DNA of 40,593 nucleotides. It comes from Octopus bimaculoides (taxonomy: Eukaryota). The stretch covers positions 20,654,592 through 20,695,184 of the forward strand of contig NC_069005.1 of the NCBI RefSeq assembly GCF_001194135.2. The letters are read 5' to 3'. This document shows positions 21,963 to 34,808 of the stretch, one piece after another. Numbering within the stretch: position 1 is the first letter of the stretch; every line of letters starts with the position of its first letter. The position numbers were made by a program, and so were the translations under genes. The notes beneath the pieces are model-generated. The model searched no databases. It was not told the origin of the DNA and saw only the letters and a program-made list of their open reading frames with translations.

Positions 21963-22656
21963 GTAGCACAAGTTAAAGAAACTTACAGAAAGTTTGGATT
22001 CAAACTTGAAAGTCATAATGAGAGGCAAGAGACGAAACAATGAAAGCATGAGCATGTGTGTCACAGGTTCAGTTCTGTAACACACGTAGTTCAAAAACTA
22101 TAAATAATATGAAGAGAAAATTAAAATAAGAAACAAAGTATTAAGTTTATACTCAGGAAATAGAAATTAGAAGGAAAAGTGTGTTTGAAGCACAATCTCT
22201 TCCTCTGAAAGAACAGGCAAGGAGAGAGAAAGAGAGAAAAGAAAAAGAGAACGTGAAACAATCATGGCAATCTGAAGAGGTCGCCCTGGATGTGAGTGAC
22301 ATGAGGTGGGGGCACAACCAAGTAGATGCCCTCTTTCAGTATACATATACATTAGAAAGATATGCAGAAAATCACACTCCACTGGCAAGAGAGGTCATAG
22401 GTGAACACTACAGCGAAGAGCAGATAACCTATTGACATCTTCCTCTCCAAATATATTTGGGTGTTAATTTTACTTTCCTGCCTTTTAATAGGTTTGCTTT
22501 TAACCATGCTGGATCCCACACATTCTTCACACTCAGTACATTGGATAGGAATTAACAACTTATTCAACAACCACAAGATAGGCTGTACCAAGTTAGATGA
22601 CACAAGTAGGTACAACCTCATATTACATTAAAACAAGTCAAAAACAAAAAGGATAT
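21963..22656 (-). other. U12-type (minor spliceosome) AT-AC intron, POLE2 intron 8 (694 nt)
   Basis: 5' end ATATCCTTTTTG at 22656; branch-like TTTCTTTAAC at 21981-21972; intron ends TTGTGCTAC; joining gives in-frame IDLTGA|SFHTG. Confidence 0.9.
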
Positions 22657-22713
22657 TGCTCCGGTGAGATCAATAAGGACTGAGCCACTTGGGTCTTCAA
22701 GGTACCATTTCCC
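22657..22713 (-). CDS. POLE2: POLE2 exon 8, GKWYLEDPSGSVLIDLTGA
   Basis: atttcag acceptor, 57 nt; followed by ATATCCTTT (U12-type donor); conserved 'GK..LEDP.G.V..DL'. Confidence 0.93.
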
Positions 22714-23258
22714 CTGAAATATTACAAAGAAATAAATTTGATTCACTAGTGTATCCAATATCAATTGACAGCAAATGTTTATATTTGCTTCATAGTATAT
22801 AAAAAAGAACTAGTTTTCAGTGCATACAGATATTTTTAAAAATCTGGAATTTAAGGCATCAGAAATCCATATTAATACTCATGTGTCAGAAACATGTTCA
22901 ACCACAACTGAACTGAGATCTTAAAACCAAGGTACCATGTAAAAAGCATTGGTGTGGGTGCTGGTGCCACATAAAAACGCACCCAGTACACTCTGTAAAG
23001 TGGTTGTCATTAAGAAGGGAATCCAACCGTAGAAAACAAGGCAAAACAATGAAACTTGCTGTGGCCCCGGCCAGGTCCTGCCAAGTTAACCCATACCAGC
23101 ATGGAAAACGGATGTTTAATATTGATGATGAAAGGTATGATTAGTAAAACAAAAACATAATAGTTTACAATACACATTTAAAATTTTTAACTTTAGCAGT
23201 TTAGTTTCACTGTCAAAGTGAAGCACGTTGATAATCTATTTCCAATGTGCCACAAAAA

Positions 23259-23620
23259 TCATCATCATCATTCATCATCGTTTAACGTCCGCTTTCTATG
23301 CTAGCATGGGTTGGACGATTTGACTGAGGACTGGTGAAACCAGATGGCTACACCAGGCTCCAATCTGATCTGGCAGAGTTTCTACAGCTGGACGCCCTTC
23401 CTAACACCAACCACTCAGAGTGTAATGGGTGTGTTTACGTGCCACCGGCACGAAGGCCAGTCAGGTGGTACTGGCAACGGCCATGCTCAAAATGGTATAT
23501 TTTATGTGCCACCTGCACAGGAGCCAGTTTGGCGGCACTGGCAACAATCTCGCTCGAATGTCTTTACACATGCCATCCAGCACAAGTGCCAGGGAGGCGA
23601 TGCTGGGCACAGGTGCCGAC
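23259..23620 (-). mobile_element. RTE-type 3' tail with GGCACTGGCAAC-like internal repeats
   Basis: Reverse complement of 3336-3490 plus extension. Confidence 0.75.
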
Positions 23621-24074
23621 CAAGATTGAAATATAGCAAACAAGGCACAAACACATCAATAGTAATCTCCCTTAGAATAACGTGAAATGTTTCCAAATTG
23701 GATTGGATTGCCCAAGTTCAGTCAACTACAGAACAAGGACTTCATCATGTTTTCTCCACCAGCGATAATGACTTGAGATCATATGGATTTGATGAGCCTA
23801 CTTTGCCACAGCAGTTTGTTTACTAATACCCAGGAGTAGTTAAGTTGATTATACTGACCTCAGTGCACAACTAGTATTTATTTTATCGGTGAACTGGCAG
23901 AATCATTTGCACACCAGGCAAAGTGCTTAGTGGTATTTTGTCTGTCTTTATGTTCTGAGATCAAATTCTGCCATGGTCAACTTAGCCTTTCATATTTTTG
24001 GGGCCAATAAAAAAAGTATTACTGTATATAAATAATATATATTCCATGGATTGTACATTGATATATAAAGGATA

Positions 24075-24397
24075 AAAAAAACCCTCCAGCCATGAATGAC
24101 AATGGGACTGCACCTAGAAAGTTCCCTTCCAAGGAACAAGTCCGGGCAAGGTTGACTATGGAAAACCAGCAGTCACCCATGCATACCAGCCTCCCCTCTC
24201 CAAGCCACTGATGTTATCCAAGGGAAAGGCAAAGGCCAATACAGCTCGGCACCAGTGATGTTGCAGCTCATTTCTACAGATGAGTGAACTGGGGCAACAG
24301 GAAATAAACTGTCTTGCTCAAGAACTCAACACACAGCCCAATCAGGGAATCAAACTACATCATGATTTTGATCCTGATGCTCTAACCACTGAGCCAA
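24075..24397 (-). mobile_element. tRNA-derived SINE (fourth family); related copy at about 20465-20765
   Basis: tRNA-like head at right end (rc GGCTCAGTGGTTAGAGCA..GTTTGATTCC); shared body CACCTAGAAA..GAAGACCAGCAGTC. Confidence 0.7.
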
Positions 24398-25433
24398 TAA
24401 ACAAATAAATATATATATATACATATATATATAACTACTAAGACTGTGAGTTGGCAGAATGCCTAGCGGTATTTCAACCGTCTTTATGTCCTGAGTTCAA
24501 ATTCCACCAAGGAAAACTGCCTTTCATCCTTTCAGGGGTTGATAAAATAAGTGCTAGTTGAACACTGGGGTCAATGTAATTGACTTAACCCCTCCCCATA
24601 TGAATACTAATTTTCAAAACAAAATCTTATTACCTTAAAATCAAACAAATTTCTCACTTTTATAACTCCTCTCATGACTAACCATTCACTCTCTTGCCTC
24701 TTCTTCCTCTGTGTGTAGCATTGCTTTTCTCCTTGCCTAGCACCAAGCCTAGTATATGCACTCATCCTGCCCCTCTTATGTTTAACTCTCCCTTCTTTCT
24801 ATACGATACAAAGCATAACTGGAGAAACCAGCCAACCAACAAAAATTAATATCAGCTAATATACAGAGATTCTAAAAGCACTGAGCTGGCAGAATCGTTA
24901 GCTTGCCGAGCAAAATGCTTAGCGGCATTTCATTTATTTTTACATTCTGAGCTCAAATTCTGCCAAGATTGACTTTGCCTTTTATCCTTTTTGGGTTGAT
25001 AAAACACGTAACAGCTGAGCACTGGGATTGACGTAATCGACTTAACCCCTTCACACTCAAGTGATCAGCATTAAGAAGGGCATCCAGCTGTAAGAACCAT
25101 GCCAAAACAACTGGAGTCTGGACAGCTCCCCAACTGGCCAACTCCTGTCAAACCGTCCAACCCATGCCAACATGGAAAATGGATGATAAACGATGAAGAT
25201 ATGTAAAAGATAGCCAACACACGCAAGTAAATTTGTAAACAAAGATTTGTGTGAGTAGGTTAGCTTTGTTCCCCACCCACTTGACAACTGGTGTTATTTT
25301 GTCTATGCCCCTGTGACTAAGTGGTTTGATATCAATTTGTTTGACTAAACCCTTCAAGGGTGTCCAAGTGTGGCTGCAGCAAAGAAGAGATAAAGGATAA
25401 AATGAAAAATGTTATAAACAAAAAATTACAAAC

Positions 25434-25517
25434 CTCTTTCAGCTGTGTTAGCATCCCAAGAACAATGAGTTCTCCAACTTTAGATGTTGTACCCAGCAGG
25501 TGCTCAATCGGTTTCAG
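25434..25517 (-). CDS. POLE2: POLE2 exon 7, LKPIEHLLGTTSKVGELIVLGMLTQLKE
   Basis: ccttcctag acceptor, GTTTGT donor, 84 nt; conserved 'LK.IE.LLG...IVLGM.TQLKE'. Confidence 0.95.
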
Positions 25518-26412
25518 CTAGGGAAGGGGAAATACAAAAAGATGTTAAATATTCATTAACACATTTGTTACATATTGTTTAATAATTCCAAGAAATAAAA
25601 CCCTAACTTGGTGTTTGGACCTGAATCAACCAAAATCCAACAGAAATATGATGAAAGGCATTTCAGTTATTACTATGCAAAGTTTTTTTTCAGGAAAACA
25701 TCTTTTTTAACCAAGGTGCAACATAAAAAGCATTGGTGTGGGTGGTGGTGCCACATGAAAAGCACTTGGCACTGGTGGCAGTGCCACGAGAGAGGCACCA
25801 GTGGCAGTGTTGTGCTTAATACACTAGGCACTGGTGGTGATGTCACGTGAAAAGCACTACAAGCAGTGCCACATGAAAAGCACTCAGTACACTCTGAAAA
25901 GTGGTTGGCATTGGGAAGGGTATCCAGCTGTAGAAATCAAGCCAAGATAGACTATGGAACCTAGTGCAGTCCCTTGTCTTACCAATTCCTTTCAAGCTGG
26001 CCAAACCATACTAGCATGGAAAACAGACATTAAATGTTGTCGGGGACGATCCTTCGAAGACATTTGAGTGACCACTTATAGATTCCCTAATTAGATTGAT
26101 GGCTCCTTAATTTTCTTACAAAACAGGAAATTTTTCAAATATAAATGATGTGGCCCAATGGACAGGGACCCTTTGTAGATTTAAAGACCACCAATGAATT
26201 AAATCAAGCTTCGTGAAACCTTTTAATATCAACCCAGCCAAAACTCCCTGTTTGAAGTGATCAAAAGCTTCCATTAGAATTCTATGCTAATTTATGTTCC
26301 AAACATCAGTTTAATAACGACAAAGTTATTTTACTAAATTCTTTATAACATATCTAGGTCTGCTGAACCAAGTCTGACTTGTAGCTAACAAGAATTCAAA
26401 CAACAAACGTAC

Positions 26413-26484
26413 CTGAAATTTTTGAGAATTTTCATCCATGTTTCTAATGGCTGGTGGTGTAAATAGATGGTGGCGCATAGTTCT
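26413..26484 (-). CDS. POLE2: POLE2 exon 6, RTMRHHLFTPPAIRNMDENSQKFQ
   Basis: cttcag acceptor, GTACGT donor, 72 nt; conserved 'RT.RH.LFTPP'. Confidence 0.95.
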
Positions 26485-27050
26485 CTGAAGAATATTAGAA
26501 AGAAAGAAGGGGTTAAGCATATGAGCAGAAAGTAGTGACGAGGAACCTTGGTGAAAAAATAGGGGTTAACACTGCTTTGTCTACTTCACACAAAATCTGG
26601 TGAACATGTGGTAACTTCCTCAATCAATCTATTAGCTCGCCTGATACCAAATATGTAGTGAGTGCAAAGCAAACAGATAAGAGAAGCAGTGAGGTGGACA
26701 GGGGTGGTTTGTGTTACTTATGGGATTGGTGGTTTAATATATAGTAGCTTTGTAAAGGTACAAACACATGGAAAGATATAAGACCCAGAAGGCATAGGAA
26801 CCCCAACAATATATATATATATATATATATACAGAGAGAGAGAATGGCAATACTTGATATGCAACAGACTTCATCAAACCCTTGCCTTAGCAGATAACCT
26901 ATTGACACCTTCCTCTCCAAATATATTTGGGCGTTAATTTACAGTGTATATGAGCTCATAATGTCCCACATTATATTTATACACCTGTCCATTTCTCCTG
27001 TGTAGCAGTTTCTAACAAGGAAATGATGAAATCTAAAGTTAAGGACTCAC

Positions 27051-27144
27051 CTGATAGAGTAACATATAACGATCCTTAAACAATTTCCAGAGGTCAGCTG
27101 GTTGTCCATGAAGTAGAGGTGGTGACAAGCCAAGTTCTTCGTTT
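27051..27144 (-). CDS. POLE2: POLE2 exon 5, NEELGLSPPLLHGQPADLWKLFKDRYMLLYQ
   Basis: aaacag acceptor, GTGAGT donor, 94 nt; aligns to 'LFGTPRDKAEMFRERYTILHQ'. Confidence 0.92.
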
Positions 27145-27958
27145 CTGTTTATGAAATATAAAAACATCACTTAACACCAACTTTTCCATGCTTGTATGCG
27201 TCAGATAGATCACAAAGCGAATTTCCTATGGCCGGACGCCCATCTTGTCACCAACCCTCACCCGTTTCCAAGCAAGGTGATATATCACATGGCCACACGT
27301 TTTTCAGAAACGAATAATGCTTGTAAACAGTGATACAACTATCAGGTGTCAAGACAGGAGAAGGCGCACACACAGATCTACCTATCATTCCGACCCCAAC
27401 CAAACCCCTTCTATCCCCTCATTCTCCTTAAATCATTTTTTCACACCATTTTCACTGATTACCTCCTTTCTGTGCCTTTGGTTATCTTCCCCACTCCTCT
27501 GCCATATTTCAACACCTCACATTCTCAACACCCTCTCAAAGCTACCATCACATCCCACTTGCTCTAGCCACTTATGTATTACTACATCTCCCTCCCCACC
27601 ACTCCTACACCTTGCACATCATCACCCCACTTCCTGATTTGGTATTTGCCATCAACTGCACCTGCATTTTTGTTCATCACTCACTAGATTGATCTCTCCC
27701 TCACACACCTAAACATGTCACATCTTGTACCTTAGGGATTTGCTCTGACACTCCATCACTTCCATCTTATTTTTCCCAGCTACTCCTAACATTATATAAT
27801 GCAGGGTGGCCATGTTATCTCTCCTGTAGGAAGATACTTGTGCTTGTCCATCCATTACACTTTAGCTTCTCAACACCTGACATAAAACCACTGCCCCTCA
27901 ATTACTTCCCCTACTACCACAATTAATTGGGGGAGGGGGATTTCCTTTCCTGATTTAA

Positions 27959-29628
27959 CCCTTTCGTTACCAAACCGCCCAAAGCCGCCCGAAAAAATTT
28001 TTTGTTCATGTGACCAAGCCGCCCAAAACCGCCCGTAATCACCTATTCATATTTAAATGAGAATATCTGAGCAAATCTCTTTAGTACATTCGTGAAAACA
28101 CGTGATTATTTGTGTAAACAGTTCAGCTATAGTTTTGTACGACGATCAACGTGTTTTTTTAATTTTGTGAATTTTGGGAGATTTTTTTCCAAATTTGTTC
28201 CTGTTGTGTTTTCAAAATTTGTAATCCTGACAAAAAAATGGATACGAATTTTATTCTGTCAAGCAGCGAGTCAGAATTCGAAGGATTTTCCGTTGAAGAC
28301 CTTGATAANNNNNNNNNNNNNNNNNNNNNNNNNNNNNNNNNNNNNNNNNNNNNNNNNNNNNNNNNNNNNNNNNNNNNNNNNNNNNNNNNNNNNNNNNNNN
28401 NNNNNNNNNNNNNNNNNNNNNNNNNNNNNNNNNNNNNNNNNNNNNNNNNNNNNNNNNNNNNNNNNNNNNNNNNNNNNNNNNNNNNNNNNNNNNNNNNNNN
28501 NNNNNNNNNNNNNNNNNNNNNNNNNNNNNNNNNNNNNNNNNNNNNNNNNNNNNNNNNNNNNNNNNNNNNNNNNNNNNNNNNNNNNNNNNNNNNNNNNNNN
28601 NNNNNNNNNNNNNNNNNNNNNNNNNNNNNNNNNNNNNNNNNNNNNNNNNNNNNNNNNNNNNNNNNNNNNNNNNNNNNNNNNNNNNNNNNNNNNNNNNNNN
28701 NNNNNNNNNNNNNNNNNNNNNNNNNNNNNNNNNNNNNNNNNNNNNNNNNNNNNNNNNNNNNNNNNNNNNNNNNNNNNNNNNNNNNNNNNNNNNNNNNNNN
28801 NNNNNNNNNNNNNNNNNNNNNNNNNNNNNNNNNNNNNNNNNNNNNNNNNNNNNNNNNNNNNNNNNNNNNNNNNNNNNNNNNNNNNNNNNNNNNNNNNNNN
28901 NNNNNNNNNNNNNNNNNNNNNNNNNNNNNNNNNNNNNNNNNNNNNNNNNNNNNNNNNNNNNNNNNNNNNNNNNNNNNNNNNNNNNNNNNNNNNNNNNNNN
29001 NNNNNNNNNNNNNNNNNNNNNNNNNNNNNNNNNNNNNNNNNNNNNNNNNNNNNNNNNNNNNNNNNNNNNNNNNNNNNNNNNNNNNNNNNNNNNNNNNNNN
29101 NNNNNNNNNNNNNNNNNNNNNNNNNNNNNNNNNNNNNNNNNNNNNNNNNNNNNNNNNNNNNNNNNNNNNNNNNNNNNNNNNNNNNNNNNNNNNNNNNNNN
29201 NNNNNNNNNNNNNNNNNNNNNNNNNNNNNNNNNNACTGGGTACTGCTCTGGATTTTAATGTTATACTGACAAAAGAGACAGTAATAAATCCAGTAATGTG
29301 CACGACTCTTCTATAATAATATTTTGTTGTATACCCAATTGAATATTAGCTAATAACCCATTTTCTATAGCGATGTTTGAACAAAAATTTTAATAATTTT
29401 ATATTTTGTTGAATTTACCTGTAATTAAAGTCACTTTGTGACAAAAATTTTGGTATAGAATTGGTTGAGAACCTTTCGTGAATTTATCTTCCAAAAATCA
29501 CATTAATATGTTGATAAATAAAAAAGTTAGAGTTGTTTAACGAAACCAGCCTAAATTTATGATTATGTTAGAAATTAATTGAAACACATAAGGGGTGTAA
29601 TTTGGTTAGAAATATGGTAACGAAAGGG
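27959..29628 (+). mobile_element. piggyBac element with both termini intact, interior mostly in an N-gap
   Basis: TTAA|CCCTTTCGTTACCA...TGGTAACGAAAGGG|TTAA (14-bp TIR); four (A/G)CCGCCC subterminal repeats; ORF start MDTNFILSSSESEFEGF at 28238. Confidence 0.9.
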
Positions 29629-29973
29629 TTAAAGTTAGTTGGTGACCTCACTAGTACCAGTGGCATGAGAAAAGCACCCAGTATGCATTGTAAAATGGTT
29701 GGCATAAGAAAAGGCATCCAGCTATGGAAACAATGCCCAAGCCGATATTGGAGCTTGACACAGCCTTATGGCTCATGGGATTCCAATAAACTATCCAAAC
29801 CATGCCAGTATAGAAAATGGATGTTAACTGATGCTATAGGCTTCTTTCAGTTTCCATCTATCAAATCCACTAACAAGGCTTTGGTTGGCCTGAGGCTATA
29901 GAAGACATTTGCCCAGGATGCCCCACAGTGGGACCGAACCTGATTGGGAAGCAAACTTCTTAATCTAGCTAAA

Positions 29974-30010
<37 letters not shown>

Positions 30011-30480
30011 CAATTAACATATGAGTATATATTATATATACGTACATACCTACATCAACATGTATATATAGATGCATATCTAGGTACAGGACATAGCAAA
30101 AAAACGTGGACAAAATGATAAACTGAGTACAGAAAACACACAGGCCACATAGAGAACATTTCCTTCATCAAACAATCATTAAACTTCCATGTTCCACTGC
30201 CATGTAGCATAGCTGTACATATACAGGCATCTGACTTACACCCTCCCCACAAAAATTGCAGGCCAAAATGTGAAATCATTAAATTAATGTCTGAAACATA
30301 AATTATCATGAAGTCTTAATAGAAAGCTTTTATTTAAATCATTTTAAAAGAGGAAGTTTGTATCATAGAACCAAGGGTGTTTTGAGAGGGTTGATACTGA
30401 AGGCTTTAAAGGTGAACAAGATCAATCCAGGAAAAAAAAAAAAAAAAAAAAAAAAGCAGCAAACTTTAAGGATAACTTAC

Positions 30481-30558
30481 AAAATGAATTTTTTCCGTTC
30501 TTCAGCATAAGTGTATCTTGGCACTGAAAACGCATCAATCACACTAAAGGCATTTTCT
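30481..30558 (-). CDS. POLE2: POLE2 exon 4, ENAFSVIDAFSVPRYTYAEERKKFI(L)
   Basis: gatttcag acceptor, GTAAGT donor, 78 nt; conserved 'AF.IPRF.Y..ERKKF'. Confidence 0.95.
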
Positions 30559-30794
30559 CTGAAATCAAACAACAAATATTTTAAATAACAAAGATGGTCA
30601 GGACTAAAGAGCTATGTTCTATTTCAAATCTCAAAGTTGGTAACGAGATTAAGTTTCCAAGTAATAACAAATGTGTCGTTACATCAAGATTTACCTTGCC
30701 AGGTACAGCTGTCAACTCTCATTTAGTCCTCTTTTCAGTAGATTTCTAATGACTCGACTGTTGAAAATGTTTCCATTAATTTGAGGAATTTTCA

Positions 30795-30960
30795 GCACAG
30801 ACATGGCTGTGTGGTTAACAAGCTTACTTCCCAACCGCATGATTTTGAGTTCAGTCCCACTGCATGGCACCTTGGGCAAGTATCTTCTACTATAGCCTCA
30901 AGTCAACCAACTTGTGAGTGGATTTGGTAGACAGAAATTGAAAGAAGCCTGTAGTAGATG
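30795..30960 (+). mobile_element. tRNA-derived SINE head
   Basis: CATGGCTGTGTGG..GAGTTCAGTCCCACTG..GTGAGTGGATTTGGTAGAC. Confidence 0.75.
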
Positions 30961-32892
30961 TGTGAGCATGTTTGTGTGAGTGTGTATCTCCTTTCACTTC
31001 TTTGTGTTTACTGGTTGTTAACAAAGGCTTCACTATTCATGTGAATAGCATTGTTTGCTTGCAGTTTACCAGATACATCCCTGGGTTTCTTGACATGTTG
31101 CAGAGTTCTTGTAAACCAAAGGCTCATTCATTTGATGTCCTTGTTTCCAGTTCTCTAAATAAGTATGTCTGGATAATTGTCTAGTTTGGAAACAGCTGAG
31201 GGTTGGTTGTTGTCAAGAAGAGCATCTAGCATACAAAACTCTGCATCAACATATTTTTATCTGTCTTTGGTCAGTAAGTGTTATTTCCTATTTGCTTCTA
31301 TCTAGAAATCAAAGGAAATGACTACTATTCCCTTCAAACTTTGCTTCTGTCACCTGGACATCAATGTTTTGAAACTGACCTATTTTCCATTACATTTCAG
31401 ATTGATTCTGTGCAGAGTTGCTGAAGCAGAAATATCATTATAGCAAATATTCTGCTCAATTTGCTTCTCAGTTGCTTGACCTTAACCACTTGAGCATGTC
31501 CCTTAGTGGCTGATAATATTTGTATCTCTCTGATCATGAGCAGGAGTAGTGGGGCAGCATCACAGCCATGCACTGAGAAGGATTCTTTGGGGTTTGAATA
31601 AATATAACAAAAGCAAAGTTTGAAGGAAATATTAACTATTTTTCACACTTTCTAGGGAAAAGCAAACAGAGAGAAAATATAAGAGAAAAATAAAGAAAAA
31701 CAAGAAATAAAAGAGAGAAAAATAAAGAAAAACAAAAACACCAGTGCAAGAAATACTGAAAGACATCTTAACGAGAAGTCATGTATCCTGTTTGTAACAA
31801 GTATCTATATGTATTTTTGACAAGGCTACAAATTTTGGAGAGTACAGAAAATTACACCAAGTACTTGACTGGTACTTTATTTTACTGACCCAATCACATG
31901 GTTCTGGGTTCAGTCCCATTGCATGTCTTCTACTGCCTCGGGCCAACTAAGTATTCATAGTGGATTTGATAGACAGAAACTGAAAGAAGCCTGTCATGTG
32001 TGTTAGTTTTTTTTTTGACTATGTTTGTCCCCCACCACTACTTGACAACCTATCATGGTGTGTTTACATCCTTGTAACTTATTAGGTGGACAAAGGGATG
32101 ATAGAATAAGAACAGATAAAACAAAATAAGTACTAAGATCAATTTGGTCAACTGAAATTCAAGATGGTGCCCCCAACATGGCCAAAGTCTAATGACCAAA
32201 ACAAGGTAGAAGGGCACCTAAATATGGCAAAGAATTTTGTCCAACTCATTAAAAATCCCGTCAATCCAAATATTTGACAAAAACCATTCCACTTGACACT
32301 GGCAGCACATGTTCTCCTCACCAACCAAGTTTTGGTATCAAATACAGGATGGCAATGCATTTAGGTAGTCACAGTTCTGAGTAGCTATGACCACACATTT
32401 ACTGTCTTGTGCTGCACTGTACATAGGTCCTTAATTCAAGACCTACTTACATCAATTCAGTGTGCTGGGGGGAGAGAATTGAATAGTTATACTGGAAGAT
32501 GGTCATCTTTTGCCAATTAAACACACCTTATTTATTTGATCTTCATTTTAGTTTTATTAGTATATATTTTTATTTATTTTATTTGTCTGGTAAGAGGAGA
32601 CCATGTGGGACAGAAGAGCTGCAGAAGTCACAGAATGTGTGACAAAAGAAATTTGGTGGAAAATAAACTAAAAAGTGAAAAAAATAATAAAGCTATAGTG
32701 AAGATCAAATAAATAGTGCTTGTTTTAATTAGTAAAAGATGACCATCTCCAACTATGTATAACAATATCCATTTCCAAATCAACGGTCTTGTGAAACAAA
32801 TACATAATCCTAAATTAAACTGAATGCTCACTGTAAAAGTTGAGGGAGAGAAAAAAAAAAAGACAGGGTCCATCAATTAACAAGAAACTTAC

Positions 32893-32968
32893 CCATCGTT
32901 TTCATTACCAGCAACACATTCCTGCAGTGCAGTCATGCAGGTAAATCGATCTATCAAAGATGATGTCA
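32893..32968 (-). CDS. POLE2: POLE2 exon 3, (L)TSSLIDRFTCMTALQECVAGNEND(G)
   Basis: ccttgttag acceptor, GTAAGT donor, 76 nt; aligns to 'LSSNMIERSVVEAAVQEC'. Confidence 0.92.
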
Positions 32969-33639
32969 CTAACAAGGAAAAAAAAAAAACTATAAACTTC
33001 ATTGAAATAGTTCTTACTGAGATAGAAGGCCACAAATTGGCTAGGGAGGAGGTTAGTAAAATTGACTACTTTACTGCCAACTCTGGAAAGATGAAAGGCA
33101 AAGCTGACTTAGGGAAAATATGAACTTAAAATGTATAATAATAACACAAAGTGATGTGGAGGAGGTACGAATAAGTATTGATGAATTTCTGTGCTAAAAT
33201 TACAGATTCAATGAAGCCTTCTTGTCAAGAGCTCCACAATGATTAAAGTACAAATAAAAAATGGCAAAAGCCAGACTCCACTTCTTAGACATTGATGTTA
33301 CTTCAATGAAGGAAGCAGCTCTGAAGAGAATGAGTTACTTCCACTTATGCCCATTGCTTCTGAACAAAGTGGTTCAGTATCACTGTGCAGCACCTTCTGC
33401 ATTATTGTATTTATTGCATGTTCATTTCCTTTATTCAATGTCCATTCTTCATACTCACATCTTTAATTATCCTCTCACTTATTCCTTATGTATTATAACA
33501 ACGCTTATTTTATATTCTTATTCATTTTAATTTAATCATGTTTTAAGCTAGAATTGATTTTTTTTTTTATTTTGCTTTCTTCATTATACATATATATAGA
33601 TATCATTTAATATCCATTGTCCATGCTGCACCAGACTTC

Positions 33640-34360
33640 AGTTTGATTTGGCATGGTTTTCTACAGTTCGATGCCCTTCATAATGCCAACCACTCCAAGA
33701 GTGCAATGGGTGCTTTTACGTGCCATTTTCAAGACACCGGTATCTGCCATGACTGCGATTTTGCTCAGCTTGATAGGTCTTCTCAAGCATGACATAATGC
33801 TGAAGGTCTCGGTCATTGCCTTCGTTAGGCCCAATGCTCAAAAGGAAGTCAGCCACTTTGCCACTGTGAGGCCCAACATTCGAAAGGTGTTCTTTAAGTG
33901 TCACCAGCACGGGTGCCAGTTAGCACAACTGATTTCACTTGGCTTGATGGGTCATCTCAACCATAACACATTGCCAAATATCACGGTCACCAGTCACTGC
34001 CTCTGGGAGGCTCAAAGTTTGAAGATCATTCTTCACCACCACATCCCACGTCCTCCTGGGTCTACCTCTACCACCGTTTAGAGATCAGCACTTCTTAACA
34101 CAGCTGTTCTCATCCGTATGCATCACATGACCATACCAGCACAGTCCTCTCTCTTGCATACCACATCTGGTGCCTCTTAAGCCCAACTTTTCTCTCAAGA
34201 TGCTTACACTCTGTTGAACATGCACAGACATTGCACATCCAGCAAAGCATACTGGCTTTGTTTCTGTCAAGCCTTTGCATATCCTCAGCTATCACAGCCC
34301 ATGTTTCACTGCCATGCAGCATAGCAGTTTGCACACACAGGATCAAACAATCTGTCTTTC
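33640..34360 (-). mobile_element. RTE LINE 3' end (RT C-terminus + tail)
   Basis: CVQTAMLHGSETWAV.AEDM.RL.RN.ASML.WMC; LREKLG.RG.RCG.QER.L.WYGHVM; followed by RTE tail. Confidence 0.85.
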
Positions 34361-34707
34361 ACTCTGAGAGAGGGGCCCTTTGTTACCAGCAGGGGTAGGA
34401 GCTCTCTGAACTTTGTCCTTCCACTTCCGAGATGGTAAAGAATGTAATTTATGAGTGATCTGGTTAATGTTTCTAGCAGACCCATGTAGAGGCTTCCTAA
34501 TATGTTTACCAGTGCTGAGTCATGTCCTATAGTCAAAATGAGTGTGGAGATAGGTTCTAGACATGGATAGTCCCATGGTTGAAAAGAATAGAAAAACAAA
34601 GGAAAGACCACAAAACTGGGGAATGGAACATAAATTCAATCAAACCTCAATAATACAGAACTCCTAGTAGAGGGAAAAAAAAAGAAAAAGAAAAATGTCT
34701 TACTCAC

Positions 34708-34808
34708 AAGGTTGCTTCATTACATTCTCCAAAATTTTGTCAATCATCTGCATTCTTTTACTTGATTTCATAGTCTCCAAATGTTCCAAAAGAAATTTAC
34801 TGGCTTCA
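34708..34808 (-). CDS. POLE2: POLE2 exon 2, EASKFLLEHLETMKSSKRMQMIDKILENVMKQP
   Basis: tttttcag acceptor, GTGAGT donor, 101 nt; aligns to 'EAIKYLTEAL...KIINAVEKQP'. Confidence 0.92.

Noticed and set aside
27320-27900. C/T-rich stretch as a Penelope fragment or gene
   Set aside because: Possibly a decayed Penelope region, but no diagnostic motif could be read with confidence.
28092-29303. Long ORFs of 340-390 aa (and those at 38421-39247)
   Set aside because: Artefacts of translating N-gaps.
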